Shown here: positions 1 through 9,551 of the stretch, one piece after another
Numbering within the stretch: the stretch's first letter is position 1
Layout: each line of letters opens with the position of its first letter
Assembly: GCA_039815185.1 (NCBI GenBank)
Contig: JBCBZT010000010.1
Location: forward strand, 64,001 to 128,000
Source: Cyanobacteria bacterium P01_A01_bin.123
GTDB lineage: Bacteria; Cyanobacteriota; Cyanobacteriia; Phormidesmidales; Phormidesmidaceae
Length of the DNA stretch: 64,000 nt
Direction of reading: 5' to 3'
Translations under genes and position numbers: made by a program
The notes under the pieces: model-generated
The model's input: the letters and a program-made list of their open reading frames with translations, nothing else
What the model was told of the DNA's origin: nothing
The model's database searches: none

Positions 1-69
1 CGTGGTTTTCACGGCAGGCATTCACGGCATGTGTTTCTGCTGTGTTCAGTATCTCCTAAGAGGTAAAGC

Positions 70-255
70 ATGGCCAAACGCCGTAATCCTAAGAAAGAAA
101 AAGCACTCCGAAATCAAGCATACGCTCGTAAGTTTCGCAAACGCTCTAACTCAGGTCGTTTCTTCAAGCGTCGTTATCAGTCTTCAGAAGAGTCAACTGA
201 GAACAACAACCAGGAAGATGACAAGGAATCCTCTGACCAAGGCGCACGGGTTTAA
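70..255 (+). CDS. Small hypothetical protein with a basic N-half and an acidic C-half
   Basis: ATG preceded by GAGG; MAKRRNPKKEKALRNQAYARKFRK resembles a small cyanobacterial protein family as recalled, not searched. Confidence 0.7.
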   Translation: MAKRRNPKKEKALRNQAYARKFRKRSNSGRFFKRRYQSSEESTENNNQEDDKESSDQGARV

Positions 256-346
256 TGGAAGCTTTTTTGTGACGGCTACCTTTTGTCACTGCTACGTTTT
301 ATGACTTCCGTCTAAGATGTATAGGCTGACTCCGGATTGTTGATGT

Positions 347-1450
347 CTACCCCCTCCACAAATGCTGTGGGGGGGGTAGTGTTTTTTGAGCCAGCACCTG
401 GTTGATGGCGGCGGCGGCGGCAATGCCTGAGTCTAAAGCTGACCCAATCGACTGACCGCCGCACCAGTCTCCACAGCAGAGTAACGGCAAAGTGTGGACG
501 GATAAGCGGTAAGGCCCCGCCAGGGGTTGATTGACCAAGGCATAGCGCCAGCGATGCACCTGAGACCAGTCCGGTTGGGCCAAATTAAAGCCCAGGGCTG
601 CGCCTGCTGCTTGCAGCAGTTGAGTGCCACTGGGGTTTAAATCGGGGGCATCGATACATTGATCGGCAAATTCAGGGCTGCTTTGAATCACCACAACCGG
701 TTGGGGTGGGGCGGGGCGTTTGCTGCTGTCTAGCCCCAGCCATTGCAGTACGGGATGATTTGAACCCTGCACCATCCAGCCGATGTTTGCCCCCGCTAGC
801 CCGTCAAAATCCCCATCAAGCTGCAAGACGCGATCGCGCGGATAGCCTGCCATCACCGTTACACAAGCTGCGTAATTTACAGCCCTGAGGACATCGACCC
901 AATCGGCTGGAATTAAATTCAGGGTTACCAGCGGCGTGAGCAAAGCCAGGGCTTGGGGGGCGGGGATAGCGAGGACTAAGGCTTTGGCCTCACAACTGAG
1001 CGAGTCTACGGCGTTGGGATCTTCACAGGTAATTTGCCAGGTGTTTTGAGGGGTTTGGGTCAGGGCAGTCACGCGCTGCTGGCGATGGACGTTGAGGCCC
1101 TCGCCTAAAAACTTACCCAAACTGTTCATGCCTAAGGGTGCGATCGCTAAGTTGCGTTTAGCAACGCGGTGGAGATTGCCCGCCGCTGTCAGTTGGTAGC
1201 TCCGGTAGGGCCAAAGTTGCAGCAGGTTTTGGGTTTGCAACGTTTGAATCAGATCAGCCAGCAGCCCATGTTCAAAGGCGACATAGCGGGCTCCGTGGTC
1301 GGCACAGGTTCCGTGCAAACGGCGAGTTGCCATACGGCCACCGAGTCCCCGTGACTTTTCTAAAAGGCCAACGCTGTACCCGGCAGCTTGCAGCGATCGT
1401 CCACAGATCAACCCCGCCATCCCTGCGCCCACAATGGCAACATCCCACAC
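347..1450 (-). CDS. Renalase-like NAD/FAD-dependent oxidoreductase
   Basis: GAGMAG Rossmann motif, EKSRGLGGRMATRR, DHGA, HRWRYA and CGDWC motifs. Confidence 0.9.
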   Translation of the reverse strand: MWDVAIVGAGMAGLICGRSLQAAGYSVGLLEKSRGLGGRMATRRLHGTCADHGARYVAFEHGLLADLIQTLQTQNLLQLWPYRSYQLTAAGNLHRVAKRNLAIAPLGMNSLGKFLGEGLNVHRQQRVTALTQTPQNTWQITCEDPNAVDSLSCEAKALVLAIPAPQALALLTPLVTLNLIPADWVDVLRAVNYAACVTVMAGYPRDRVLQLDGDFDGLAGANIGWMVQGSNHPVLQWLGLDSSKRPAPPQPVVVIQSSPEFADQCIDAPDLNPSGTQLLQAAGAALGFNLAQPDWSQVHRWRYALVNQPLAGPYRLSVHTLPLLCCGDWCGGQSIGSALDSGIAAAAAINQVLAQKTLPPPQHLWRG

Positions 1451-1524
1451 CGATCGTTTTCTCCTTAACTCCTTATGTAGAATAAAAACAGACTTCCAAC
1501 CCTAAAACCACACTGGTATCGACC

Positions 1525-2382
1525 GTGGATGAACTTAGAACAGCCCTTGAACTCGCAACGGATGAAGAATTGCAATCCGTAACTGATATTCTATTTCAAC
1601 CTAAATTTAATCCCCTTGATTATTTCTATACGCCCCATCCCATTGATGTGCAAAGTCAAGATCGCCAGCAGTGGATTGAGACTTTAGAAGATCGGTTCCG
1701 GTTCTTGGCTGCCGATGGTGTCACGGTATTACGGCGTCGCAGCGATCAGTTTTCCTATCGGGATGCGTTGCTGCAAGTCTGTCGTTATCTCAAGTTCTCC
1801 TACAGTCAAGCGTTATCCACGGCAGAACTGGAAGCGGAAGTCTTTTTGTGTCTGTTAGAGCAAGCCTGGAAGCGATTGCCCAAGCAGGAGCGTAAAGTGC
1901 TTCAACACCACATTCAGCAAACGCTGTCGGCAACCCCTCAGTTTCAACAGTTACCCACGGCCTTACAGCAAGACCCCATGGGGCTCTTGTTCAAGGGTGG
2001 TAGTGCGTTAGCGGTGAATTCAGTCGTGCGCCCCTGGTTGCTGGCCCAGGTATCGCGCCAGTTTGCGCTGCATTTGGCGCGATATCAGTTGGCACAGCAG
2101 GCCCTGCGGAGCGGGGTGGCCACTGCCACTCAGTTACAAAGTCGTACGGCGCTGCAGGTGGCGTCGCGGGGTATGGCCGTGAATGCGGCCCGCTATGGTT
2201 TGGTGCGAGGGGTATTTGCCGTTGTGGGGCCAGCCCTGTGGGCCTGGTTCTTGGCAGATTTAGGGTGGCGGGCGATCGCCACAAATTATGGCCGGGTCGT
2301 ACCCGTTGTGTTTACTCTGGCGCAAATTCGTCTAACGCGCAGCGAATTTGCGACTCCTGAGTTCGGATTTGAACCCGCTTAG
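1525..2382 (+). CDS. YaaW-family conserved cyanobacterial protein
   Basis: MDELRTALELAT..EL start, FRFLAADG, and C-terminal DLGWRAIATNYGR..P...LAQIRL. Confidence 0.8.
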   Translation: MDELRTALELATDEELQSVTDILFQPKFNPLDYFYTPHPIDVQSQDRQQWIETLEDRFRFLAADGVTVLRRRSDQFSYRDALLQVCRYLKFSYSQALSTAELEAEVFLCLLEQAWKRLPKQERKVLQHHIQQTLSATPQFQQLPTALQQDPMGLLFKGGSALAVNSVVRPWLLAQVSRQFALHLARYQLAQQALRSGVATATQLQSRTALQVASRGMAVNAARYGLVRGVFAVVGPALWAWFLADLGWRAIATNYGRVVPVVFTLAQIRLTRSEFATPEFGFEPA

Positions 2383-2395
2383 GAATTGGGAACGG

Positions 2396-3292
2396 ATGTC
2401 AGAGTCAGCCCCCCAGGCAATGAACCACTATGCGCTGCTCGGCCTCAAGCCGGGGGCATCAGTACAGGCTATTCGTCAGGCCTATCGAGACCTAAGTAAG
2501 CTTTACCATCCCGATACGACAACCTTGCCTGCCGCGATCGCCACCGATAAATTTCAACAGCTCAATGAAGCCTATGCAACCCTGAGTAATCCTGAACGAC
2601 GCTTGGCTTATGACCACAAGATTGGCTATTCTCGCATTGCGGTCATGCAGTCTCGGTTGGATTTGAACCAGCCTGTCTCTCGTCATCAGGGTAACCGCGA
2701 CAGTCGCGATCGCTCAGCTTATTTGGACCCAACCGATCGCCCCCTGTCTGCGGGTGAAATGTTTGCTTTGTTTATCTTGGGTGTGACCTTTGCGGCTTGT
2801 TTAGTATTGGTGGTCACGATTGGCCTCACCCAAGGCGAAGTGGCGTTTGGGCCGTTGATGCCACCAGATTTGACGATTAGCCCACCCCCCGTCGATTATC
2901 CAGTTGACTATCCCATTGAACCGCCCATAGAAGGAGCGATTGAGAATCCATCACAATCTGATACTGTCTCTGATTTTCCGGAAACTAAGGCGGTTCCCGT
3001 CAGTTCACCCGATGCCCAGCCAGCAACTACAGCTCCGGATCCAACGACTCCCTGGGCCTCCCAGACAAACGCTGCCAATCAAGCCACAACGCTAACGGTA
3101 GATGAATCCTCGCCGCCGCTAGGGGCTGTCCTCAACAGTCAGCCCTTAGACAAGGAAGAGCTGCATCCATCTACGCCTGTTGAAGCCCTTGAATCAGAGT
3201 CTCAAGCTGTTCAAACCCCGGTTTTGTCTACTGACAATATGCCTCAGCCTTTGTCTAGCGAATCCAACGTTGACAATTACCCAGATACTTGA
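2396..3292 (+). CDS. DnaJ-domain membrane protein with a long Pro/acidic C-terminal tail
   Basis: J domain with HPD (KLYHPD), the motif SAYLDPTDRPLSAGE and one TM helix; ATG 2396 chosen as start. Confidence 0.85.
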   Translation: MSESAPQAMNHYALLGLKPGASVQAIRQAYRDLSKLYHPDTTTLPAAIATDKFQQLNEAYATLSNPERRLAYDHKIGYSRIAVMQSRLDLNQPVSRHQGNRDSRDRSAYLDPTDRPLSAGEMFALFILGVTFAACLVLVVTIGLTQGEVAFGPLMPPDLTISPPPVDYPVDYPIEPPIEGAIENPSQSDTVSDFPETKAVPVSSPDAQPATTAPDPTTPWASQTNAANQATTLTVDESSPPLGAVLNSQPLDKEELHPSTPVEALESESQAVQTPVLSTDNMPQPLSSESNVDNYPDT

Positions 3293-3332
3293 GAGAGCAA
3301 ACTTTCCTAACGCGATCGCGTTTATTCACTTT

Positions 3333-3605
3333 ATGGCTTTACCGTCCGCTGAAACTCCGTTGTACAACCATCCCCTACCTGACATTGAGCAGTGGCTTAC
3401 GGCTCAGGGGGGTAAACAAGATCCCAGCAACTTAGAGTGTTGGCACATTGACCGTCCTCGCTGGCAGGCAGAAATTCTGCTAGAAATTGATTCCCTCGTG
3501 GTGCGCTACGTCAATGCCGGAGCCGATGGGAAAGATATTCAGCGGGTCTTCAAATATTCTTTAAGTCGCAAAGACTTAGAAGAAGCAATTTTTTCGGGGC
3601 CTTAA
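3333..3605 (+). CDS. DUF3143-type cyanobacterial protein
   Basis: LP.A.TPLYNHPLP.IE.WL and FKYSLSR.D.E.AIFSGP; ATG 3333. Confidence 0.85.
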   Translation: MALPSAETPLYNHPLPDIEQWLTAQGGKQDPSNLECWHIDRPRWQAEILLEIDSLVVRYVNAGADGKDIQRVFKYSLSRKDLEEAIFSGP

Positions 3606-3735
3606 TGTGACTCGAGAACAGCCATGATTCAAACAGCTAGATGTGAACTGTCGAGGCAGTACAGGCTGTAATTGTTCATGCATTAGATAATTTTATTCGG
3701 TATCGTAATTGCACTAGCTGCCCGCAACTCAAGCT

Positions 3736-4638
3736 ATGTTGATTCAGCGTTACTTTAAAGGGCTAAAGTCTTATTTTCGCTACTTTATTTTCGGCAGCAC
3801 GCTCTTCTTTGTTGCGATCACGATAAAGGAGAATTGGCAAGAAATTGCTGAAGTTCAGTTGACCGGATTGAGTTGGATTTATCTAACACTCGCATTAGGA
3901 ATGACCTTGCTGGCTCATGTTTGGTCTGGTTGGGTTTGGCACTGGATTTTGATAGTCTTTGATCATCCTCTAGGAGGATGGTGGGGGGTTAGGGTTTATC
4001 TGAAGACGAACATCGCCAAATATCTACCCGGCAATGTTTGGCACTTTTACGGGCGTGTACGAGCCGTTCAATCCACCGGGGCATCCTTAGGTAAAGCGAC
4101 TGCTAGCGTCGCGCTCGAGCCCTTACTCATGGCAGCTGCAGCCTTGACGCTGGCGTCTATTAGTAGCTGGTATTTTGGGGCAATCCGGCTAATTCTGCTG
4201 ATTATAGTCTTGATCAGCGTTCATCCGTTCATTCTCAATCCTATCCTCAGAAAATTGAGCCAGTTAAAGGCAAACGCCCAAGATTCTCAAATCGCGGCTA
4301 GTGTGGTTTACCTCAATCGCTATCCTTTAAAGCCGTTCCTGGGAGAGCTAGCCTTTATCATGCTTCGCTGTTTAGGGTTTATTCTGGTAGTCTTTGCCTT
4401 GCAACCCATTAGCCCAGCTCAGGTGTTGACACTGGTAGGTGCCTTTAGCATTGCCTGGCTGTTAGGTTTAATTGTGCCGGTTGCCCCAGGTGGTATCGGC
4501 GTCTTTGAGGCAACAGCAATTACACTGCTCAACGGCCAGTTAGCAACGGGTACCATTCTCAGCAGCATTGCCGCCTACCGACTCATCAGTACGCTTGCTG
4601 AATTGGGTGGGGCCGGGCTAGTCTATCTCTTTGAGTAA
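3736..4638 (+). CDS. UPF0104 / LPG-synthase TM-domain (flippase-like) membrane protein
   Basis: AKYLPGNVWH and P.APGGIGVFE motifs; multiple TM helices. Confidence 0.85.
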   Translation: MLIQRYFKGLKSYFRYFIFGSTLFFVAITIKENWQEIAEVQLTGLSWIYLTLALGMTLLAHVWSGWVWHWILIVFDHPLGGWWGVRVYLKTNIAKYLPGNVWHFYGRVRAVQSTGASLGKATASVALEPLLMAAAALTLASISSWYFGAIRLILLIIVLISVHPFILNPILRKLSQLKANAQDSQIAASVVYLNRYPLKPFLGELAFIMLRCLGFILVVFALQPISPAQVLTLVGAFSIAWLLGLIVPVAPGGIGVFEATAITLLNGQLATGTILSSIAAYRLISTLAELGGAGLVYLFE

Positions 4639-4731
4639 TCATGGCTGAGGATTTTCGGTCTGGCTCTGATGCTGTTCTGGCTCTTATATGATTATCAAAT
4701 ACGAATAAAGTCACAGTCGATGTGAGCTACT

Positions 4732-5757
4732 ATGCATCATTCTGAAATTGCTGCTTCCCCCGTTGCTGAGCCATATGAGGTTTGTGCACTCTCTGTCGTA
4801 GTGCCCATGTACAACGAGTACGAAAGTATTCCTACACTGATTGAAAGTATCACCTCTGTCCTGCAGACGATGGGGATTCGGTCTGAGTTGATATGCGTCG
4901 ATGATGGGTCTCGTGATGGGTCACCTGACTTGTTACGAGAGTTGATCACCCACTACCCTGACCTAAAAGTGATTTTATTACGTCGCAACTATGGGCAAAC
5001 AGCTGCCATGGCAGCTGGCTTTAACTACGCTTCTGGTCAAGCCATTGTGACACTTGACGGTGATCTACAAAATGAACCAGCTGATATTCCAACCGTTTTT
5101 AACAAGCTCAATGAAGGCTATGACTTAGTGAGTGGTTGGCGCAAAGCGCGGCAAGATCATGCCATCACCCGCTTACTCCCCTCAAAGATCGCGAACTGGT
5201 TGATTGGTCGGGTGACTGGCGTTCAGCTCCACGACTATGGTTGTTCCCTAAAGGCATATCAGGCTGAAGTTCTCCGTGATATGAACCTCTACGGAGAACT
5301 TCACCGCTTTCTACCGATACTAGCCTTTATTGAAGGAGCCCGGATTACGGAGATTCCGGTTCGCCACCATGCCCGACAGTTTGGTCATAGCAAATATGGT
5401 CTAGGGCGAACCCTAAGGGTCATCTTAGATTTGATGACAATTTACTTTATGAAGACCTTTTTGACACGACCCATGCATGTCTTTGGACTGTTTGGACTCC
5501 TGTCAATTTTCTCAGGATTAGCGTTGAGTGTTTATCTGGCGTATGAGAAATTTATCGCTCTAAATGATATTGGCAATCGACCGTTATTGCTGTTAGCTGT
5601 TGTTCTATTTCTTTCAGGAATTCAGCTTTTTTGCTTTGGGCTATTGGCTGAAATCATGATGCGGACTTACCATGAATCCCAAAAGCGTCCGATTTATCGT
5701 GTTCGAGAAATCCTCGGGGGGCATCTCTCTTATCAGGGAATGCTTCCATCACTGTAG
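4732..5757 (+). CDS. GT2 polyprenyl-phosphate glycosyltransferase (ArnC/GtrB/DPM1-like)
   Basis: SVVVPMYNE, VDDGSRD, RRNYGQTAA, LDGDLQN and DYGCSLKAY; two C-terminal TM helices. Confidence 0.92.
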   Translation: MHHSEIAASPVAEPYEVCALSVVVPMYNEYESIPTLIESITSVLQTMGIRSELICVDDGSRDGSPDLLRELITHYPDLKVILLRRNYGQTAAMAAGFNYASGQAIVTLDGDLQNEPADIPTVFNKLNEGYDLVSGWRKARQDHAITRLLPSKIANWLIGRVTGVQLHDYGCSLKAYQAEVLRDMNLYGELHRFLPILAFIEGARITEIPVRHHARQFGHSKYGLGRTLRVILDLMTIYFMKTFLTRPMHVFGLFGLLSIFSGLALSVYLAYEKFIALNDIGNRPLLLLAVVLFLSGIQLFCFGLLAEIMMRTYHESQKRPIYRVREILGGHLSYQGMLPSL

Positions 5758-5830
5758 TGGTTTCTCATCCCCATGACTCTGCAAGGGGACAGAACCCTTA
5801 AATGAGTGTTGACTTGCCCATTGGAATTTT

Positions 5831-7699
5831 ATGTCTCTCAAGTCTATTGTGCGATCGCTACAGACTTATGGTTTTGCACTACTGAGTGCTCTGGTGGCCT
5901 ACGGCTATTCATTTACTCGGTCTAATATCTACAATCAGATGCCGACTATCTCAGCCCTACTCAATAGCGACCTGTTTAGCCAAGACTTCTACGTTCAAGA
6001 GATGACGGAGTTTACGCCCAGGTTTTATTACTATCACCTGATGCTGTTTTTTCATCAGCTGGGGCTTAGCCTACCGATTGTGGCTTTTGGTCTCTTTGTG
6101 CTGGCGTTTAGCTCAACGGTTCTAGGGCTTTGGGCAATTGGGAAACATTTGGGACATTCAACCTTTGCGGGCCTAGCACTGGCTTTTTTGGCACTGGCTG
6201 TTGACAGCAGCACTCTGGGGGAGACCGATATATTTAGGGTCGAACCGATTGCGGCTATCTATGCTATGGGACTGGCCGTTTGGGGTATCTATTTTTGCTG
6301 TCGCAGGCAATGGCAGTTGGGCTACCTGATGTTTGGCTTGGCCTGTTTGCTACAATTCTTGATTGGGTTTTTGCCCGCCTGCCTCTGGGGAGTGCCGTTG
6401 CTGGTGGAGGTAATTCGGCAGCGGCGGCCAGCCAAACTTTTGGGTTCTTTGCTGATATTTAGTTTGTTTGCGTCCCTGGTTTATATTCCGATGGCGGCAG
6501 CAGGTAACACCAGCAGTGCAGAACTGAGTGACCCTACTTTTATCCATCTCTATGGCTATGTTCGACATCCACACCACATCATTGTGTCGTCTTTTCCGGT
6601 TAAACACTGGCGATCTTTCATCAGTTTGATTGGAGGGGGCTTGATCTGCCTACGGCTTTCAACGACGCTCAGCTCAGTTCAGAAGCGTGATCTGGCGATG
6701 ATAATCGCAACCGCCTGCGGTCTGCTAGTGGTGGGCTATGTTTTCGTGGAGCAGATTCCGATTGCGCTGATAGCCAAACTCCAGTTTGCTAGAACAACAC
6801 CCTTTGCCATGATTGCGGCGTTGGCTTCGATTGGCGTCGTTGCTAGTGAATATCATCACCGGGGTAATTATCCCGTCAGTCTGCTGCTGATAGCGCTACC
6901 GCTAGTTGATTGGGTAGGGCCGACGTCATTACTGATTCTGACAGGGCTGCTGTGGCTAGCTAGAGCCTGTGAGCAGTCTCCATTGAAGTTGCGGCTACCG
7001 CTGTTGCGGCTAGAAAAGCTGAAGCTTACGGCGCGGCGGGATATTGCGATCGCATATGCCCTATTTCTGATCGTGCTTTTAGCCTGCTGGGCTTACTTGC
7101 CCGTCTTTTTTGCAAGTCTAGCGTATCCACTGTTGAGACGACCCTTTCCGAAGTTTTTTCAGCGCTCAAGAATGTCAATTGGGGTGATTACAGTAGGGCT
7201 TTTGCTTTATCTTGGCCTGCACCTATCAGGGACGGTGACCCACACAAGGCTGACACCGCTGCATCAAAAAATGGGGATTTATCCTCAGCAAGATGAGGCT
7301 AAGAAGCTGATAGCAGCTCAGTTTAGACAACTGAGCCCCGCAGATGCGTTAGTGCTTGTGCCGCCCTCTGACACTGAGTTTCGCTATTATGCTGAGCGCT
7401 CCGTGGTAGCCACCTTTAAGAGTTTTCCGTTTACTGACCAGGGCATTCTGACATGGCAGACACGGCTGGAGCGGATCCTAGGCCCACTCAGTTACGAGAT
7501 AATGTCACCCACCTATGCAGACGAGTTGTATAGTCAGCGCAGTAGCCAAGAGCTAACTGAGATCGCTCAGGAATATCAGGCTGATTACATTTTGACTCGA
7601 CACACTTGGCACCCGGATATTGACGGTGATGTCATTGTTGAAGTGGATGATTGGCAGGTGTATAGCTTGCTTCCCTCAAACAGCACGTTTCCAAACTGA
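5831..7699 (+). CDS. Polytopic membrane protein, probable GT-C-fold transferase (DUF6798-like)
   Basis: Many TM helices, LFSQDFYV, RHPHH, and a C-terminal soluble domain with FRYYAERSVVATFKSFP. Confidence 0.65.
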   Translation: MSLKSIVRSLQTYGFALLSALVAYGYSFTRSNIYNQMPTISALLNSDLFSQDFYVQEMTEFTPRFYYYHLMLFFHQLGLSLPIVAFGLFVLAFSSTVLGLWAIGKHLGHSTFAGLALAFLALAVDSSTLGETDIFRVEPIAAIYAMGLAVWGIYFCCRRQWQLGYLMFGLACLLQFLIGFLPACLWGVPLLVEVIRQRRPAKLLGSLLIFSLFASLVYIPMAAAGNTSSAELSDPTFIHLYGYVRHPHHIIVSSFPVKHWRSFISLIGGGLICLRLSTTLSSVQKRDLAMIIATACGLLVVGYVFVEQIPIALIAKLQFARTTPFAMIAALASIGVVASEYHHRGNYPVSLLLIALPLVDWVGPTSLLILTGLLWLARACEQSPLKLRLPLLRLEKLKLTARRDIAIAYALFLIVLLACWAYLPVFFASLAYPLLRRPFPKFFQRSRMSIGVITVGLLLYLGLHLSGTVTHTRLTPLHQKMGIYPQQDEAKKLIAAQFRQLSPADALVLVPPSDTEFRYYAERSVVATFKSFPFTDQGILTWQTRLERILGPLSYEIMSPTYADELYSQRSSQELTEIAQEYQADYILTRHTWHPDIDGDVIVEVDDWQVYSLLPSNSTFPN

Positions 7700-8314
7700 A
7701 CCTGGTCTCGACGTATCAATTCGATAGTCAGTCACCTGAATCTCGAACAAGCGTCTGCCGAAATGATAAGCCCGGTTGATTGGATCGCTGGGATCTTGCG
7801 ATACTTCACCGCGTCGATTCCCAAAGCCCTGGACAACGCCGACAAAACTTGAATGGGTATACCGGGCATATTCTTGGATTTCGTGCAAAACACCGAGCGG
7901 TGCTCCAACGTAACTTTCCTCAGAACTTAGCATCAACGCAATACGCTTACCACAGAGATCATCAATGACGTCTGACGCAGCAGGATACGAGGCAGCAATG
8001 TAGCAAAAGATGCGATCGAAAAAAGTCTTGAGTTGCCCAGAAATACCATACCAATACAAGGGCGTTGCAAAAATAACGGCATCTGCCTTTAAAAACTTGT
8101 CCTGTAGCAATGTTGCAAAATCGTCGTTGATAGTGCAATGCCCTTCTGGGTTACGACATTGCCGACAATCCCGCAGAAAAACCTTGAGATAATCGTCTAA
8201 ATAAACCAATTCTGTTGTGTGACCTATCTCTTGCCCACCCTTTAGAGCAGCCTCTGCCAATAAGTAAGAATTTCCATTACGGCGAGGACTAGAACTAATC
8301 GCTAAAACATTCAT
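7676..8314 (-). CDS. Flavodoxin-like NADPH-dependent FMN reductase / iron-sulfur flavoprotein
   Basis: SSSPRRNGNS, CxxC..C motif, ATPLYWYG and LKTFFDR; ATG 8314 with GAGGGAGA RBS. Confidence 0.85.
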   Translation of the reverse strand: MNVLAISSSPRRNGNSYLLAEAALKGGQEIGHTTELVYLDDYLKVFLRDCRQCRNPEGHCTINDDFATLLQDKFLKADAVIFATPLYWYGISGQLKTFFDRIFCYIAASYPAASDVIDDLCGKRIALMLSSEESYVGAPLGVLHEIQEYARYTHSSFVGVVQGFGNRRGEVSQDPSDPINRAYHFGRRLFEIQVTDYRIDTSRPGSVWKRAV

Positions 8315-8363
8315 CAAAAAATCTCCCTCAACTTGAGAATATAAGGATGTATTGTGAATTGCT

Positions 8364-9191
8364 TCACAAACTACATACAGGAAACTGAATTTCAATGATT
8401 GAAAACTCAAGATTCCCCAAAGAATCGACATCTGCTATTTTGGGTTGCAGGTAAATTTCTCGATTTGAACCTGCAACCTGATAATTGTTGGCTTCAATCC
8501 AGTGCAGCAGTGCATTGAAAGCTTGAACAAGCGTATCGTAGCTACCATGATGAATGGTGCAAGCCATTTGCTGAACTTCTGGTAAGACGTAAGATTTAAC
8601 TCTCCCACTTCCAGAAAATGAGTGGCTAACGGGCACAACCGCTTCAGCATCTACATTGTTAACTCGGTATTCTGCGTCGTGCCAAAGCGTTTGAGGGAAT
8701 CCAACAACTTCCACCTGCGGATGTCGCAAGCCATCCTTTAACTCAGCATGAAGGTGTTTAATGTCGCTGCAAATTGGCAAGACATCCCGAATTGCAGCGA
8801 CACTTTGCGCTGCTGCTTGCTTCAAAATCACATCATAAGGAGATGCAGAATCAGACTGCTCAATTTGCTGAAGCCGAGCTTCTATGCGTTTTAACCGTGT
8901 TTGCTCACCCTCAATGAGTTGTTGCACTTCTGCTTGTTTCAGACGCAGCATCCCCCGAATTTGAGCAGGTGGAATGTTATCGTTCAGGAGTTCGATGATC
9001 TGCTCAAGGGAAAATCCTAAGTCTTTGAAAGCCACGATTTGATTTAATCGAGAAAGTTGTTCAGCCGAGTAGTAGCGATATCCAGTGAACGGGTCAACCT
9101 GGAAAGGTTTGAGTAACCCCATTTGGTCATATAAGCGCAATGCTCTGACGGATACTCGGCTAAGTCTAGAAAAATCACCGATTTTAAACAT
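8364..9191 (-). CDS. MerR-family regulator with GyrI-like effector domain (BmrR-like)
   Basis: IGDFSRL..VSVRALRLYD..GLL.P..VDPFTGYRYY helix-turn-helix; C-terminal HHGSY..REIY..EIQFPV. Confidence 0.93.
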   Translation of the reverse strand: MFKIGDFSRLSRVSVRALRLYDQMGLLKPFQVDPFTGYRYYSAEQLSRLNQIVAFKDLGFSLEQIIELLNDNIPPAQIRGMLRLKQAEVQQLIEGEQTRLKRIEARLQQIEQSDSASPYDVILKQAAAQSVAAIRDVLPICSDIKHLHAELKDGLRHPQVEVVGFPQTLWHDAEYRVNNVDAEAVVPVSHSFSGSGRVKSYVLPEVQQMACTIHHGSYDTLVQAFNALLHWIEANNYQVAGSNREIYLQPKIADVDSLGNLEFSIIEIQFPVCSL

Positions 9192-9197
9192 TGTGAG

Positions 9198-9488
9198 TTA
9201 CTCATCCGTTACACGCCGATCAATCCACTCTAAAATTTCAGTTTGAGACTCGCGAGTTGCAGAGCGTCCAGTCACAGGATGATAAGCGTGCCACCAAGTG
9301 TTTCCTAAACGGTCAATGGTTTGCCAGATTTTAGGATCGTGACTGGCATTGAGTTCTGTAACCCATAACTGCCAGACGCTTTGGAGCGCCAAGATTAATC
9401 TGAATTCTTGACGCTGGTGAGGCTTGGGCCAATAGCCGTCCGAGGCATTCAATGGCAGCTGATGGTTTGCAGTAGTTGTGTTTCTCAT
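9198..9488 (-). CDS. Small conserved hypothetical protein, first gene of the merR unit
   Basis: ORF ends 6 bp before the merR ATG; PKIWQ..DRLGNTWWHAY.PVTGRS motif; AGGAG-like RBS region. Confidence 0.65.
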   Translation of the reverse strand: MRNTTTANHQLPLNASDGYWPKPHQRQEFRLILALQSVWQLWVTELNASHDPKIWQTIDRLGNTWWHAYHPVTGRSATRESQTEILEWIDRRVTDE

Positions 9489-9520
9489 CGTGATGAAGTT
9501 CCTTAGGAGCTATCAATCAC

Positions 9521-9551
9521 AGTGAACACTCTAACGTAGGGAGAGAGTCAA
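9521..9551 (-). promoter_or_regulatory. MerR-type promoter with a 19-bp spacer and dyad operator
   Basis: Minus strand reads TTGACT-CTCTCCCTACGTTAGAGTG(19 nt)-TTCACT with an ACTCT...AGAGT dyad, upstream of the merR unit. Confidence 0.75.
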
